Shown in pieces: positions 1 through 11,582 of a stretch of DNA of 64,000 nt. This stretch comes from Deinococcus sp. Its GTDB lineage: Bacteria > Deinococcota > Deinococci > Deinococcales > Deinococcaceae. The stretch covers positions 1,888,001-1,952,000 of the forward strand of contig OZ253375.1 of assembly GCA_965261005.1 (NCBI GenBank), read 5' to 3'. A program made the position numbers and the translations under genes. Every line of letters starts with the position of its first letter. The first letter of the stretch is position 1. The notes under the pieces were generated by a model. That model was not told the origin of the DNA, made no database searches, and worked only from the letters and a program-made list of their open reading frames with translations.

Positions 1-118
1 TGCCGCCCGCGTGGAGCCGACCAAGCTCTTCGAGCACCTCGGCGTCGGTCGGCTCACCGTTGATAACGGCGATCAAGATGTTGCTGTCGAGCGCCACCCG
101 GCCTAAGCCGGCCTTCAC
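1..118 (-). CDS. vapC: PIN-domain (VapC-like) toxin, N-terminal part (runs off window edge)
   Basis: Reverse strand reads [23 protein letters not shown]..; the LDSNILI PIN motif is present and the GTG start overlaps the antitoxin stop (GTGA). Confidence 0.8.
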   Translation of the reverse strand, partial: MKAGLGRVALDSNILIAVINGEPTDAEVLEELGRLHAGG

Positions 119-360
119 GCTTCGTCTTCGTCGCGCCGCTCGGCGGTCCAGCGCCGCACGTCTTCCATACTCTTCAAGCCTTGCGGGCGCGTCCCGGCAA
201 AAGCGGCAAAGGGATTGTCGCCCTTTTTGACCGGAACGAGCGTCACGATACCGGCCTCAAGGTCGAACTCGACCTGGTCGCCAGGCTTGAGTCCCAGCCA
301 AGCGCGAATGTGCGCCGGAATGGTGACTTGACCTTTGCTGGTCATGCTGCTGCGGTTCAT
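115..360 (-). CDS. AbrB/MazE/SpoVT-family antitoxin
   Basis: [27 protein letters not shown] swapped-hairpin motif, directly upstream of the PIN gene. Confidence 0.9.
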   Translation of the reverse strand: MNRSSMTSKGQVTIPAHIRAWLGLKPGDQVEFDLEAGIVTLVPVKKGDNPFAAFAGTRPQGLKSMEDVRRWTAERRDEDEA

Positions 361-410
361 GGGAATATCTTACAAGATAATGCTGGCGTAATACTCTGCC
401 CCTTCTTCGC

Positions 411-1337
411 TCAGCGTTCCAGCTCCAGGTCCACCAACAGCGGCCGGTGGTCCGAACCCCGGACGTTGAGCACCCGCGCGTTCAGCGCCCGCGCGCCGCG
501 CAGCCAGACGTGGTCAATGCGGACCAGGGGAAACTTGGCCGGAAAGGTGTAGCCGAAGCCGCGCCCGGCCTCTTCAAAGGCGTTGGCGAAGTGCTGTTTC
601 AGGCCCGCGTACACCGCGCCGCGCGTGGGCGTGTTGAAGTCGCCGCAGGCGATGAAGGGTCCCGCGCTCTCCCCCGCCAACTCCAGCAAGCGGCCGAGCG
701 TCACACGCCGGTCCTCGGCGGTTCGCTCCATCTTTTGTCGGCTGCCCCGCTCGACGGTGGTGAAGTGGGCGTTCAGCAGCGTGAAGGGCTGGCCGCGCCA
801 GGAAAAGTTCGCCACCACAAAGCGCCGGTCGGTGACGGGCAGGTACAGGTCGCGCACGTTCTGCGCGGGCAGGCGGGTCAGGATGGCGACCTCGCGCGAC
901 GGCACCACCTGATAGCCGGGCAGCAGCGGAGAAAGGGTGCCCAGCACGTCCACGCTGACGCGGTTGACCTCTTGCAGGCACACCACGTCGGGGTTCGCCG
1001 CGCGCACCGTGCGGGCGATCTCGGCCGGGTCGCCCCGCAGGCTCGCCACGTTGTAGGTCAGCAGGCGCAGGGGGGCGCCGTCCGCACGCCGCAGCCAGGA
1101 CCACGCCGGAGAGAGCAAGACCAAGCTGAGGGCCAGTGAGACGCCGCTCCCGATCAGCGCCCAGCGGTCACGCCGCCACAAGCTGAGGGCCAGCACCAAC
1201 AGGGCCGGAGCCAGCCACACCTGCGGCAAGGCGAAGTAGGTCAGCGTCAGCGTGTAAGCGTTCCGCTCGGGCGCGAAGCTTTGCACCCACCACGCGAGGG
1301 CGATGACGGCGGCGAGACCCCAAGCGACCCATTTCAT
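411..1337 (-). CDS. Endonuclease/exonuclease/phosphatase (EEP) family membrane protein
   Basis: N-terminal TM helices; TYNV, DVVCLQE, GDFN, RIDH and SDH motifs; start at MKWVAW chosen to avoid overlap with the next gene. Confidence 0.85.
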   Translation of the reverse strand: MKWVAWGLAAVIALAWWVQSFAPERNAYTLTLTYFALPQVWLAPALLVLALSLWRRDRWALIGSGVSLALSLVLLSPAWSWLRRADGAPLRLLTYNVASLRGDPAEIARTVRAANPDVVCLQEVNRVSVDVLGTLSPLLPGYQVVPSREVAILTRLPAQNVRDLYLPVTDRRFVVANFSWRGQPFTLLNAHFTTVERGSRQKMERTAEDRRVTLGRLLELAGESAGPFIACGDFNTPTRGAVYAGLKQHFANAFEEAGRGFGYTFPAKFPLVRIDHVWLRGARALNARVLNVRGSDHRPLLVDLELER

Positions 1338-1386
1338 GGCGCCGATGTTAACGTGAACCCAGCGCGCTGCGGCGCCGGGAGGCCGA

Positions 1387-2988
<1,602 letters not shown>

Positions 2989-3083
2989 GACGCTGATCCT
3001 TTGCTCAAGGGGGAAGGGCGCTGGGGTTCATCTTGGCGCGCTTGGCTGGAAGGGCAGCTGTTTTTAGAGTTTGAGGAGGCAAC

Positions 3084-4112
3084 ATGACGCAACTGTTCAA
3101 GTCGGGCCGGGCCGGGCCGCCATCACAGCAGATCGTGGTCGTGACCGGCGCCTCGGCGGGGGTGGGGCGGGCGACCGCCATCGAGTTCGCCAAGCGCGGC
3201 GCCAAGCTGGCGCTGCTGGCGCGCGGGCGGGCCGGTCTGGAGGGGGCGAGGCGTGACGTGGAGGCGGCGGGCGGCACGGCTCTGGTGATTCCCACCGATG
3301 TGGCCGACGCGGACGCGGTGGAGGCGGCGGCGGGTCGGGTCGAGCGTGACCTCGGCCCGATTGACGTGTGGGTCAACGGCGCGATGGCCTCGGTGTTCTC
3401 GCCCGTGGGGGAGATGACCCCGGCCGACTTCAAGCGCGTGACCGAGGTGACCTACCTGGGCGTGGTGAACGGCACGCTGGCCGCCCTGAAGCGCATGTTG
3501 CCCAGGGACCGGGGACGTGTGGTGCAGGTGGGCAGCGCCCTCGCGTACCGCGGCATTCCCTTGCAAGCCGCTTACTGCGGCGCCAAGCACGCCGTCCAGG
3601 GCTTTTGTGACTCACTCAGAAGCGAGCTGCTGCACGACGGGAGCAAGGTGACGGTGGGCATGGTGCAGCTGCCGGCCGTCAACACCCCGCAGTTTTCCTG
3701 GGTCAAGTCGCGCTTGCCCAACATGGCCCAGCCGGTGCCGCCCATCTACCAGCCGGAGGTGCCGGCGCGGGCGATTGTGTACGCCGCCGACACCGGCAGC
3801 CGAGAGGTGTTTGTCGGCTTGCCCAGCGTCATCACCATCTGGGGCAACAAGCTGCTGCCGGGCCTGGGCGACGTGTACCTCGCCAGAACGGGCTACCAGT
3901 CCCAGCAGACCGACCAAAAACGCGATCCGGACGCGCCCAACAACCTCTACAAGCCGGTGGACGACGGGCGCGATTACGGCGTGCGCGGCCCCTTCGACGG
4001 CCGCGCTCGCCCGCACAGCCCGCAATTGTGGGCCACCGAACACCGCAACCTGCTGCTGGGAGCCGCCGGCGCCCTCGCGCTGGGCGCGCTGCTGCTCGGG
4101 AGGGGCGCGTGA
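3084..4112 (+). CDS. Short-chain dehydrogenase/reductase
   Basis: [11 protein letters not shown]-binding motif and YCGAK catalytic motif. Confidence 0.9.
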   Translation: MTQLFKSGRAGPPSQQIVVVTGASAGVGRATAIEFAKRGAKLALLARGRAGLEGARRDVEAAGGTALVIPTDVADADAVEAAAGRVERDLGPIDVWVNGAMASVFSPVGEMTPADFKRVTEVTYLGVVNGTLAALKRMLPRDRGRVVQVGSALAYRGIPLQAAYCGAKHAVQGFCDSLRSELLHDGSKVTVGMVQLPAVNTPQFSWVKSRLPNMAQPVPPIYQPEVPARAIVYAADTGSREVFVGLPSVITIWGNKLLPGLGDVYLARTGYQSQQTDQKRDPDAPNNLYKPVDDGRDYGVRGPFDGRARPHSPQLWATEHRNLLLGAAGALALGALLLGRGA

Positions 4113-4618
4113 GCGGGGCCAGCCTCAGCCGCGAACTGCGCGGGGGTGAGGGCGCCTTTCTCAGGCAGCGCCGCCAGACCGTCGGGCTGTCCCTCATCGC
4201 CAGCGCCGCGATGGGCGTCATCACCCTCTACCAGATGGGCCTGATCTCGCACCTGCCCGAGCCGCCCCTCCCTTACCTCGACGCCGACAAGGTGGACGCC
4301 GCCCCGGAGGCGTACAACCGCGCCGGCACCGCCACGCCCGACGCCGCCCTGGGCCTCGTGAACTACGCCGCGACCGTGGTCCTGGCCTCGATGGCCGGCC
4401 CGGGGCGCGCCCGCGCACTGCCTTGGCTGCCGCTCGTTTTGGCCGCCAAGGTAGGCGTGGACGCCATCAACGCCGGCTACCTCACCTACGAGCAGATCGC
4501 CAAGCACAAGGCGCTGTGCTCATACTGCCTGCTGGCCTCGGCGGCCACCTTCGCGACCATTCCGCTGGTGCTGCCCGAGGCGCGGGCGGCCTGGCAACAC
4601 CTCAGGAGGAACACATGA
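4109..4618 (+). CDS. Vitamin K epoxide reductase (VKOR)-family membrane protein
   Basis: PDAALG motif, CSYC (CxxC) near C-terminus, TM segments; GTG overlaps the SDR stop. Confidence 0.75.
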   Translation: MSGASLSRELRGGEGAFLRQRRQTVGLSLIASAAMGVITLYQMGLISHLPEPPLPYLDADKVDAAPEAYNRAGTATPDAALGLVNYAATVVLASMAGPGRARALPWLPLVLAAKVGVDAINAGYLTYEQIAKHKALCSYCLLASAATFATIPLVLPEARAAWQHLRRNT

Positions 4619-5058
4619 CGCAAGCGGACAAGAATATGGCGGACAAGGACTTGATGGTGAAACTCAGCGACTCGAACCTCACCCTGACCGATCCCAGAAT
4701 GGATATTCGCGGCAGCACGGTGGTGGACCGCCACGGCGACGACATCGGCCGCGTCAACGACCTCTTCATCGACACCGACGAGAACAAGGTCCATTTGATG
4801 GAGGTGGGCGCCGGCGGCTTTCTGGGCCTGGGCGAGCGGCACTTCCTGGTGCCGGTGGACGCCATCACCCGCGTGGAGCAAGGGAAAATCCACATCAACC
4901 AGGCGCGCGACCACGTCGCCAACTCGCCCGCCTACGACCCCAACGTGACCCCCGAGCAGCGCCGCAGCTCGGCGTTTTGGGAGCCGTACTACGGGTACTA
5001 CGGCGTGGGGCCGTACTGGGGCGCGGGCTACAGCTACCCCGGCTTCCCGATGTACTGA
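4615..5058 (+). CDS. PRC-barrel domain protein
   Basis: DIRGSTVVDRHGDDIGRVNDLFID...GGFLGLGE..VP signature; AGGAGG RBS. Confidence 0.85.
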   Translation: MTQADKNMADKDLMVKLSDSNLTLTDPRMDIRGSTVVDRHGDDIGRVNDLFIDTDENKVHLMEVGAGGFLGLGERHFLVPVDAITRVEQGKIHINQARDHVANSPAYDPNVTPEQRRSSAFWEPYYGYYGVGPYWGAGYSYPGFPMY

Positions 5059-5218
5059 TACGAACTTAAGGTGAGTCGAAGACGAATCCGAGCGGGCAGG
5101 CCCGGAAGGTGCCGTTCTGCCCAAGACGCGGAGCGAGTACAAGAAAGTACGGGATAGCGACGATGGAAATCTATGTTGGTGCTTTCCCAACATAGGTTGG
5201 AATCAAAGCAATCCCGTA
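5059..5218. repeat. MITE-like small repeat (TACG...CGTA ends) flanked by TGA/TGA
   Basis: TGA|TACGAACTT...AATCCCGTA|TGA; internal hairpin CTATGTTGG..CCAACATAG; carries the TACTCGCTCCGC motif on the reverse strand. Confidence 0.6.
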
Positions 5219-5278
5219 TGAGCGCGGGTCAAGAGGGGGCCTACGGCAAGACAGCCGTAGGCCCCCTCCTCACTTTAT

Positions 5279-6037
5279 TTACGGTTCGGCCAGCTTGGGC
5301 AATTCACGCTGAACCGCGCCCCGCTCCTCGACGGCGAACAGACCGGAGGCGTAGCCGGGAAAGGTGTCGAGGAACCAGCTTTGCAATTGGCGGTCGGCGC
5401 CCCAGAACATCGCCAGCGCGAAGACGATCATCAGCGCGCCGAAGCCGCGCTGCACGCCGCCCAGGTTGCTCAGCAGCCACGGCACGCGCCCCAGCACTTG
5501 CCGCCCGCCCAGCATAATCGCCAGCATCGGCCCCGCCGCCCCCAGGGCGTAGGCCAGCGTGACGGTCGCCGCGCCCAGGGTGACGCTGCCGCTGGCCGCC
5601 AGGGTGATGACGCTCGCCAAAATGGGGCCGACGCAGGGCGTCCACAGCAGCCCCAGCGTCGCGCCGACCATGACCCCGCCCGCGAAGCCCGGCCGCTGTG
5701 GGGAGCTGACATTGGGCACCGTCCCCGAGATGAGGCGGCTGCTCAGGCGTTCATACCAACGGTTCAGCCCCGGTACCGCCAGGGCCAGGCCGAACACGAT
5801 CAGCAGTCCGATGGACAGACCGCGCAGCACGTCGGCCGGCACACCCAGCAGCCGCGTCAAGCTGCTCAGAAAGAGCGTAAAGGCGACGAAGCTTGCCAGA
5901 AAGCCCAGCAGAATCCCGTAGGGCCGCGCCCGCCCCCCGACCGTGCCCGACAACAGAATGGGCAGCACCGGCAGCACGCAGGGGGAGGCGATGGTCAGCA
6001 CACCCGCGAGAAACGCGAACGGCAGCAGGGCCAGCAC
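5279..6037 (-). CDS. ccdA: Cytochrome c biogenesis CcdA/DsbD-beta family protein
   Basis: SPCVLPVLP and WTPCVGPILA motifs, multiple TM helices. Confidence 0.85.
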   Translation of the reverse strand: MLALLPFAFLAGVLTIASPCVLPVLPILLSGTVGGRARPYGILLGFLASFVAFTLFLSSLTRLLGVPADVLRGLSIGLLIVFGLALAVPGLNRWYERLSSRLISGTVPNVSSPQRPGFAGGVMVGATLGLLWTPCVGPILASVITLAASGSVTLGAATVTLAYALGAAGPMLAIMLGGRQVLGRVPWLLSNLGGVQRGFGALMIVFALAMFWGADRQLQSWFLDTFPGYASGLFAVEERGAVQRELPKLAEP

Positions 6038-6040
6038 GCC

Positions 6041-6472
6041 TCAGCGAACGGCGGCGCGGGCGTTCTCCGCAATCTCCTTCGCGCCGCCGCCCGACCAAGT
6101 CTTGAGGGCCTCGCCCTTGTCGTCCACCAACACGAAGGTGTGCTGATACGTCACGTTGTACTGCCGCTTGAGGGCGCGCTCCTTGTCGTAGTCCACCTTG
6201 AAGACCACCACGTTCTTCGGCAGCTCGGCCAAGTTGGCGTTCAGGTCCTTGTCGGCCGCCCGGCAGGTGGGGCACCACCCCGCGTGGAAAAACAGCACGC
6301 GCGCCTTGCCCCCCGCCGCGTCGTAAGCGGCCTGGCTGTAGAGCAGGTAGGCCCCCCTCGTCTCCTGCGCCACGGCGGCGGTTTTGGTGACCCCGGCGTT
6401 CGCGGCGCCCAGCAGCGCAAAGGGCAGCGGGGCGAGCAGGGCGAGCGTCAACAACGTGCGGGTCCGGTTCAT
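6041..6472 (-). CDS. Exported thioredoxin-family protein
   Basis: Signal peptide and FHAGWCPTC motif; adjacent to ccdA. Confidence 0.85.
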   Translation of the reverse strand: MNRTRTLLTLALLAPLPFALLGAANAGVTKTAAVAQETRGAYLLYSQAAYDAAGGKARVLFFHAGWCPTCRAADKDLNANLAELPKNVVVFKVDYDKERALKRQYNVTYQHTFVLVDDKGEALKTWSGGGAKEIAENARAAVR

Positions 6473-6532
6473 GGCAGCCTCCTATACAAAGTACGCGGCG
6501 GAACACTTGCCGGGTTCAATCCAGCCCTGCCA

Positions 6533-6731
6533 TACGGATTCCGCTTTATTCCGTACACTCCGCAGACAGCGCTGCGTGTACTCCATGCCGCAAAATCCGT
6601 ATGTTTTTCCAACTCGCGCCAAGCGAAGGGGAGGCGAAACTTTTGACGTTCTGTTGCGGGAGTTTCGAGCCGCTCTCGCGTCTCGTGCTCGAAAAATTTC
6701 CGATGAGGTTCGGAAATTTTCGGAATCCGTA
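6533..6731. repeat. MITE-like small repeat with terminal inverted repeats TACGGATTCCG/CGGAATCCGTA
   Basis: Perfect 11-bp TIR; right flank TCA is the stop codon of the adjacent gene; homologous to copies at 21618 and 42673. Confidence 0.85.
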
Positions 6732-8135
6732 TCAATTGAGCTGTTCGCCCTCCTCACGCGCCAGTTGGGGCGCCACCTGAGCGAGGTACGTGGCGGACAC
6801 CTGCGAGAACAGGTCGTCCGGTTCCGGCGCCGCGAGCGCGAAGTTCCACGGCAGCTTGTGCCAAGGGCTGATGGGGTCGTCCCTCAGCAGCGACAGGGTG
6901 CGGTCCAGGCTGTCGTCCTGCGCCCTCAGCTCGGCGCTTTGGGGATGTTCGTTCAGGCGGCGCCACAGCGAGCGCCCGTCTTGGAACCCCCGCGCCATGT
7001 CGGCCCAACTTGCGTAGCGGCCTTGCAGCGCGCGGCAGGCGTGCAGCATCAGGTTGTACGCCTCGTCCGGACGCAGGTAGCCGGCCGAGGCCGCGCTGGC
7101 GCTCACCTGCACCAGGCGTACCATGTCCCACGCCAAGGGATCGGTCTGCGGCACGCTGGGCAGCTGACGCTGCAACTGGTGCAACGCGCCGCGGTGGCCC
7201 TCGTGGTAGAGCCACATCACGCTGCCAAGGGCGTCTTGGCGGTTCTCTATGCCCCAATCGCGCTTCAGGTCGCTCAGCACGGACCGGTCCTCGCGAATCA
7301 AGCGGTCCACCGGCTGACCCCACCAGCTGTAGTAGATGGCCCCCACGGCAAGCGCCCAGTGCTGATCGGAGGGGCCGAAGGCGTCCTCGTCCACGTAAAA
7401 AACGGCCTCGCTGAGCTGCTCGCTTGAGACGCGGTCGAAGAAGTCGCCTGGCTGCGGCCTCGGCAGTTCGGACATCCAGGGAACGGTCCGCCAAGGGCTG
7501 GCCTTCGAGCGTTGAAGCGTCCTCACCGCTTGGCGCAGGCTGCTCAGGCGCGCCTCGGACTGCGCGGTGATCTCGATGCTTTTGTGGACGCGGTTGACGA
7601 CCATGCCGGCCACAAAGGCGTCCGAAAACTCGTTCCAGCCCGGGTACGCCCGCTGCAAGGCCCGGCCGGCGTGCAGCATCAAGACGCGGGTTTCGTCCGG
7701 CGTGAGCCACCCGAGGGCGTTGCCGGCCACGCTCAGGTGCAGAAAGCGCCCGAGGTCAAAGGCCAGCAGGTTGTGTTGGGGCAAGCTGGGTTCGGCCCGT
7801 TGCAGCGCGTGCATGGGACGGCGGGCGCCTTGGTGAAACAGCTGCGCCAAGGTAGCCAGCAAATCGTCGCGCGTCTTGAGTTCCCATTGGCCCATCGAAG
7901 CCTTGAAGGTCGGCCGGCCCTCAAGGTCGAGCCACTTGTCCACCGGCCGCTCGAACCACACGCTGTAGATGGCGTTGGCGCTCAGCAGCCAGCGGTCGGG
8001 TTCCTGCGGCGCTTCGCCAGGGGCCGCGTACACAATTCTGGCTCGGCCCGCTTTGTACAACGACTTTTTGCGCCTTGCGCGCGTGAGACTGATCCCCAAG
8101 GTCGTCAGCAAGACCGCAGTGAAGAGAATGGACAT
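6732..8135 (-). CDS. Protein with two tandem DUF1266-like domains
   Basis: Twice-repeated W..L...G.R / LA(F/W)D..R / Y..W..F..G / SPW...PW pattern; N-terminal hydrophobic anchor. Confidence 0.7.
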   Translation of the reverse strand: MSILFTAVLLTTLGISLTRARRKKSLYKAGRARIVYAAPGEAPQEPDRWLLSANAIYSVWFERPVDKWLDLEGRPTFKASMGQWELKTRDDLLATLAQLFHQGARRPMHALQRAEPSLPQHNLLAFDLGRFLHLSVAGNALGWLTPDETRVLMLHAGRALQRAYPGWNEFSDAFVAGMVVNRVHKSIEITAQSEARLSSLRQAVRTLQRSKASPWRTVPWMSELPRPQPGDFFDRVSSEQLSEAVFYVDEDAFGPSDQHWALAVGAIYYSWWGQPVDRLIREDRSVLSDLKRDWGIENRQDALGSVMWLYHEGHRGALHQLQRQLPSVPQTDPLAWDMVRLVQVSASAASAGYLRPDEAYNLMLHACRALQGRYASWADMARGFQDGRSLWRRLNEHPQSAELRAQDDSLDRTLSLLRDDPISPWHKLPWNFALAAPEPDDLFSQVSATYLAQVAPQLAREEGEQLN

Positions 8136-8164
8136 GCCCTCAGCTTAAGGTGCCGCCCGACAAT

Positions 8165-8197
8165 AAAAAGGACGGCCCCTTTCGGAACCGTCCTTTA
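8165..8197 (-). terminator. Intrinsic terminator after the 8210-9604 gene
   Basis: AAAAAGGACGG...CCGTCCTTT inverted repeat with A/T tracts. Confidence 0.7.
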
Positions 8198-8209
8198 AAC
8201 CCGCTTTCC

Positions 8210-9604
8210 TCAGCTGCCGGTGTTTTGGAAGTTGAAGACGACGCGGTAGGTGTTGGCCGCGCCCGTCGGCTCGGCCGACCAGATGATGCGCTGCCCTGCG
8301 CCGGCGCTGCGCTGGTAAGTCGCCTTGGCCATGTTGCCCTGCATGGTCATGTCGCCCACGCGCTGGTAGCCTTGCTGACGCAACTGCTGGTCGTAGTTGG
8401 CCTGCAACTGCTGCAAGGTGTTGGCGGTCTGGACGGTCAGGAAAACGTCCTCACCTTGGTTGCTGACGTCGGTGACCTGTGAGCCGGCGGGCGCCACGAA
8501 GCTGATCCGGTTGGCGGTGGGCGTCACGCCGGCCAAGTTGCCGGGGCCGTAGAAGTCGTAGCCGACGCCGCCGGCGGGGTTGTAGCCGTACAGCGGGGTG
8601 AACGGGGTGGCCGCGGTGGGCGAGGCCGCCGCGACGTTGTTGCCCAGGTTGCCGCTCACGGCGTCTTGGAAGTCCCACACGAGGCGGTAGTTGTCTTCCT
8701 TTTCGACGCTGAAGGAGACGCGGCTGTTGTTGCCCCGCTCGTAGATGTAGGTCAAGGCGTTGTCGCCGCCCGCGCCGGTGTCGGTCGGGTTGACCAGCGT
8801 GAAGCCCTGCTGCGTGAACTGCTTGTCGTAGAAACCCATCATCTGCTGCAAGGTGAGGCCGGAGGTCACCTGCGCGCTCAAGTCGCCGTTCGAGTTGACG
8901 TTGGTGTTGGTGATGGTCGCGCCCTGCGGCACCGAAAAGCTGACCGTGCCGGGGTTGTTGTTCAGGCTGGTCAGGTTGTTGTTGGGGCCGTAGAGCACGT
9001 AGGTCACGCCGGCCATGTCCTGCGCCTGCACGACGGGGTTATTCTGAGCGGCCGCCGTAGTGGTCGCTGGCGTGGTCGCGGCAGTCGCCGTGGCTGGCGT
9101 GGCGGCCTGGGCATTGTTCGCCTGACTCACGCTGCCCATCGCCATGTTCAGGTTGCCCAAGTCGAGAAAGGCGCGGTAGCTGTTGTTGCTCTCCCCGTTG
9201 AGGCGAAAACGCACTTCCTCACCGCCACGGGTGTAGCGCGCCTCGGCCAAGTTCTGACCGACGCTGCTGGCAACGCGCTTAAAGCCTTGAGCGGTCAATT
9301 GCTGGTCGTGGAAGTCGAAGACGGTTTGCAGCGGCGCGCTGACCCGAAAGGCCAAGATGGCCGTCCTGCCGCCCGCGTCGTACCTGGTGCCCAGCACCGT
9401 GGCCTGTGGATGAGCCGAAATCTCAATGGTTTTCTCGTTCTGTGCCAGGTTGCTCAGGTTGCCGGGGCCGTAGACGGTCCACTGCACGCCGTCGGTGGTG
9501 CCAGACAGCAAGGCCCGCTGCTGGGCGCTTGCCAGCGGGGCCAAGGCGAGCAACCCGGTGAGCGCGAGAGCGCCCGTTATCTTTTGAATGTTGTGCTTCT
9601 TCAT
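8210..9604 (-). CDS. Secreted hypothetical protein with three internal repeats
   Basis: Signal peptide; three YGP(G/N)N..(I/V)(E/S)....D(Q/K)Q...QG(F/Y) repeats joined by Ala/Thr-rich linkers; GGAGG RBS. Confidence 0.75.
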   Translation of the reverse strand: MKKHNIQKITGALALTGLLALAPLASAQQRALLSGTTDGVQWTVYGPGNLSNLAQNEKTIEISAHPQATVLGTRYDAGGRTAILAFRVSAPLQTVFDFHDQQLTAQGFKRVASSVGQNLAEARYTRGGEEVRFRLNGESNNSYRAFLDLGNLNMAMGSVSQANNAQAATPATATAATTPATTTAAAQNNPVVQAQDMAGVTYVLYGPNNNLTSLNNNPGTVSFSVPQGATITNTNVNSNGDLSAQVTSGLTLQQMMGFYDKQFTQQGFTLVNPTDTGAGGDNALTYIYERGNNSRVSFSVEKEDNYRLVWDFQDAVSGNLGNNVAAASPTAATPFTPLYGYNPAGGVGYDFYGPGNLAGVTPTANRISFVAPAGSQVTDVSNQGEDVFLTVQTANTLQQLQANYDQQLRQQGYQRVGDMTMQGNMAKATYQRSAGAGQRIIWSAEPTGAANTYRVVFNFQNTGS

Positions 9605-9852
9605 ATCATTCCCTCCCATGCGGCAAAAAAAACGGCGCATAATGGCCTGTTTCAGAAGACCGCAATTGTTACCGCTAGATTTTGCTATTCGGTCAAAGGG
9701 TGAAATGTGACGCTCCATATGTACTCAAGACTATTTAAACAAGTTTTTAACCAGAATTAGAAGTCTGGCAAACATATGAATATTCACATATTCGCATACT
9801 TTTACAAAAAACCAACGCCGGTCTTTACTGACCGGCGTTCGCCACAACAAAC

Positions 9853-10242
9853 TTATTCGCGGACGGCGCGTCCCTCCGAGATGGGCCGGGGGGGCGTCTC
9901 GGGAAACTCGATGGGCCGGGCGTCGTTCCACAGCCCCTCCAGGTCGTAGTAGGCCCGCGCCTCCACCGTCATGATGTGGACGATAATGGCGCCGAAAGAA
10001 AGCAGCAGCCAGCGTTCGCTGGGACCCTCCACGCTGGGCGGCGGCAAGCCCACTTCCCTTGCCTTGTCACGAATGTTTTGCTGCACGGCGTTCAGCTGCA
10101 AGCCGGCGGTCGCGGTGCAGATCACGAAGTAGTCGAGCGTGCTGGAAACGGCCGTCAGGTCCAACACCGCGACGTCCTCGGCGCGGCGCTCGCGGGCCGC
10201 GTCCACGATGGCGCGCAGCTGCTGTGTTTCGGTTTGGTTCAT
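9853..10242 (-). CDS. rsfS: Ribosome silencing factor
   Basis: DYFVICTA, W.LL.FG.IIVHIM...R.YYDLEGLW motifs. Confidence 0.92.
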   Translation of the reverse strand: MNQTETQQLRAIVDAARERRAEDVAVLDLTAVSSTLDYFVICTATAGLQLNAVQQNIRDKAREVGLPPPSVEGPSERWLLLSFGAIIVHIMTVEARAYYDLEGLWNDARPIEFPETPPRPISEGRAVRE

Positions 10243-11582
10243 GGATTCTCCGTTGTGCCGCTTTGTGAGGCGCCGACGTTCAGCCGCGCCAACTCGGCGT
10301 AGCGCTTCGCGGCGTCCGCGCCCAGGTACACGCCCACCTCGCCGGAAGGCACCGGAAAGCGCAACCCCTGCAAGCTGGGCAAGCTGAGCCAGCGCGCCAC
10401 CGCCGAGGCCCCGGCGACTTGATCGAGGGTGAAGACCTGGCTGCGCTCGCCGCTGGGGGGTTCGGCCTCCACCCCGGCCACCCGCACGCCGCGCTGCCCC
10501 AGCGCCCACGCCACCTTGCCGCCGAGGTTCGCGCCACTGGCGTCGAAGATGCGCGCGGTCATCGCGCGTTGGGTGGGCACCTGCGCGCCGGCGCCCCATA
10601 CCCGCGCCAGTTCGGCACGGTCCACCGCCAAGTTGGTGGTGCCGCGAACTTCGCTGGTGGGTAGGGTGGCAAAGTTGAGCTGGTAGCCGTTCAGGTACGG
10701 CAGCATCTGCTCCAGCAAGGCGGGGTCCAAGTTGCTTTCCACGCTGCCCGAAAGGCCGCGAAAAATGGTGGGCAAGGCGCCCGCGAGGCCCGACGGCGTT
10801 TTCAGCTTGTCCACCAATTGCGCCACGGCGGCCTTTTGGTGGTCCATGCGGCCGTAGTCGTCGCCAAAGCCTTTGCGCATGCGCAGGTAGGCCACCGACG
10901 CCGGGCCGCTGAGGTGGTGGCGGCCCGGCGTCAGGTGAACGTGCAAATCGGCAGCGTTGTCGTCGAAATAAATACCGCGCTTGCTTGGGTCGCCGTAGGC
11001 CGGAATATCGGGCACCGTCACGTCGAGGCCGCCCAGCGCGTTCACCACCGCCGCGACGAAGCTGGTGTTGACCACCGCGTAGTAGTCCACCCGCTCCCCC
11101 GTGATCTGTTCGACGGCGCTCGCGAGCGCCTGTGGCCCGGCCCGGAAGTATTGCGAGTTCACCTTTTGAACGGCAATGCCCGCCCCAGGCCGGAACGGCC
11201 CCACGTTGGTGTCGCGCGGAATGGACAGCGCGTTCACCCGGGTGCCGTTCACCTTGAGCAGCATGATGGTGTCGGTGTTGGGCGGCTGCCACAAGCCGGT
11301 GCGGGTGTTTTGGTCGCGGCAGGGCGTGCGGTAATAACAGTAGGCGATGTCGCGCCCGGCCAGCAGCACCGTGAAGCTGGGCGGCTGGCCGGGAACCGCG
11401 ACCGGCGGGGGACGCGCCGCCGAAAGCGCCGCGTGGCTGAGCGTCCAGGAGCCGCCGAGGGCGAGCGCCGAGAGCGTGAGCGCCGACAGCTGCCAAGCGC
11501 GCCACGTCGCCGCGCCGCGCCCCCCGCGGGGCGCCTGCTCGTAAAAGGTCCTGGGCTTGGGCTTCCTGGGCTTGGGCTTCAC
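10239..11582 (-). CDS. LCP (LytR-CpsA-Psr) family protein
   Basis: NTDTIML, LSIPRDT, YLRMRK..GDDYGRM motifs. Confidence 0.88.
   Translation of the reverse strand: MKPKPRKPKPRTFYEQAPRGGRGAATWRAWQLSALTLSALALGGSWTLSHAALSAARPPPVAVPGQPPSFTVLLAGRDIAYCYYRTPCRDQNTRTGLWQPPNTDTIMLLKVNGTRVNALSIPRDTNVGPFRPGAGIAVQKVNSQYFRAGPQALASAVEQITGERVDYYAVVNTSFVAAVVNALGGLDVTVPDIPAYGDPSKRGIYFDDNAADLHVHLTPGRHHLSGPASVAYLRMRKGFGDDYGRMDHQKAAVAQLVDKLKTPSGLAGALPTIFRGLSGSVESNLDPALLEQMLPYLNGYQLNFATLPTSEVRGTTNLAVDRAELARVWGAGAQVPTQRAMTARIFDASGANLGGKVAWALGQRGVRVAGVEAEPPSGERSQVFTLDQVAGASAVARWLSLPSLQGLRFPVPSGEVGVYLGADAAKRYAELARLNVGASQSGTTENP

Noticed and set aside
9853..11505. 550-aa ORF
   Set aside because: Only the last 129 aa (RsfS) are real; the rest is an off-frame overlap with the LCP gene.
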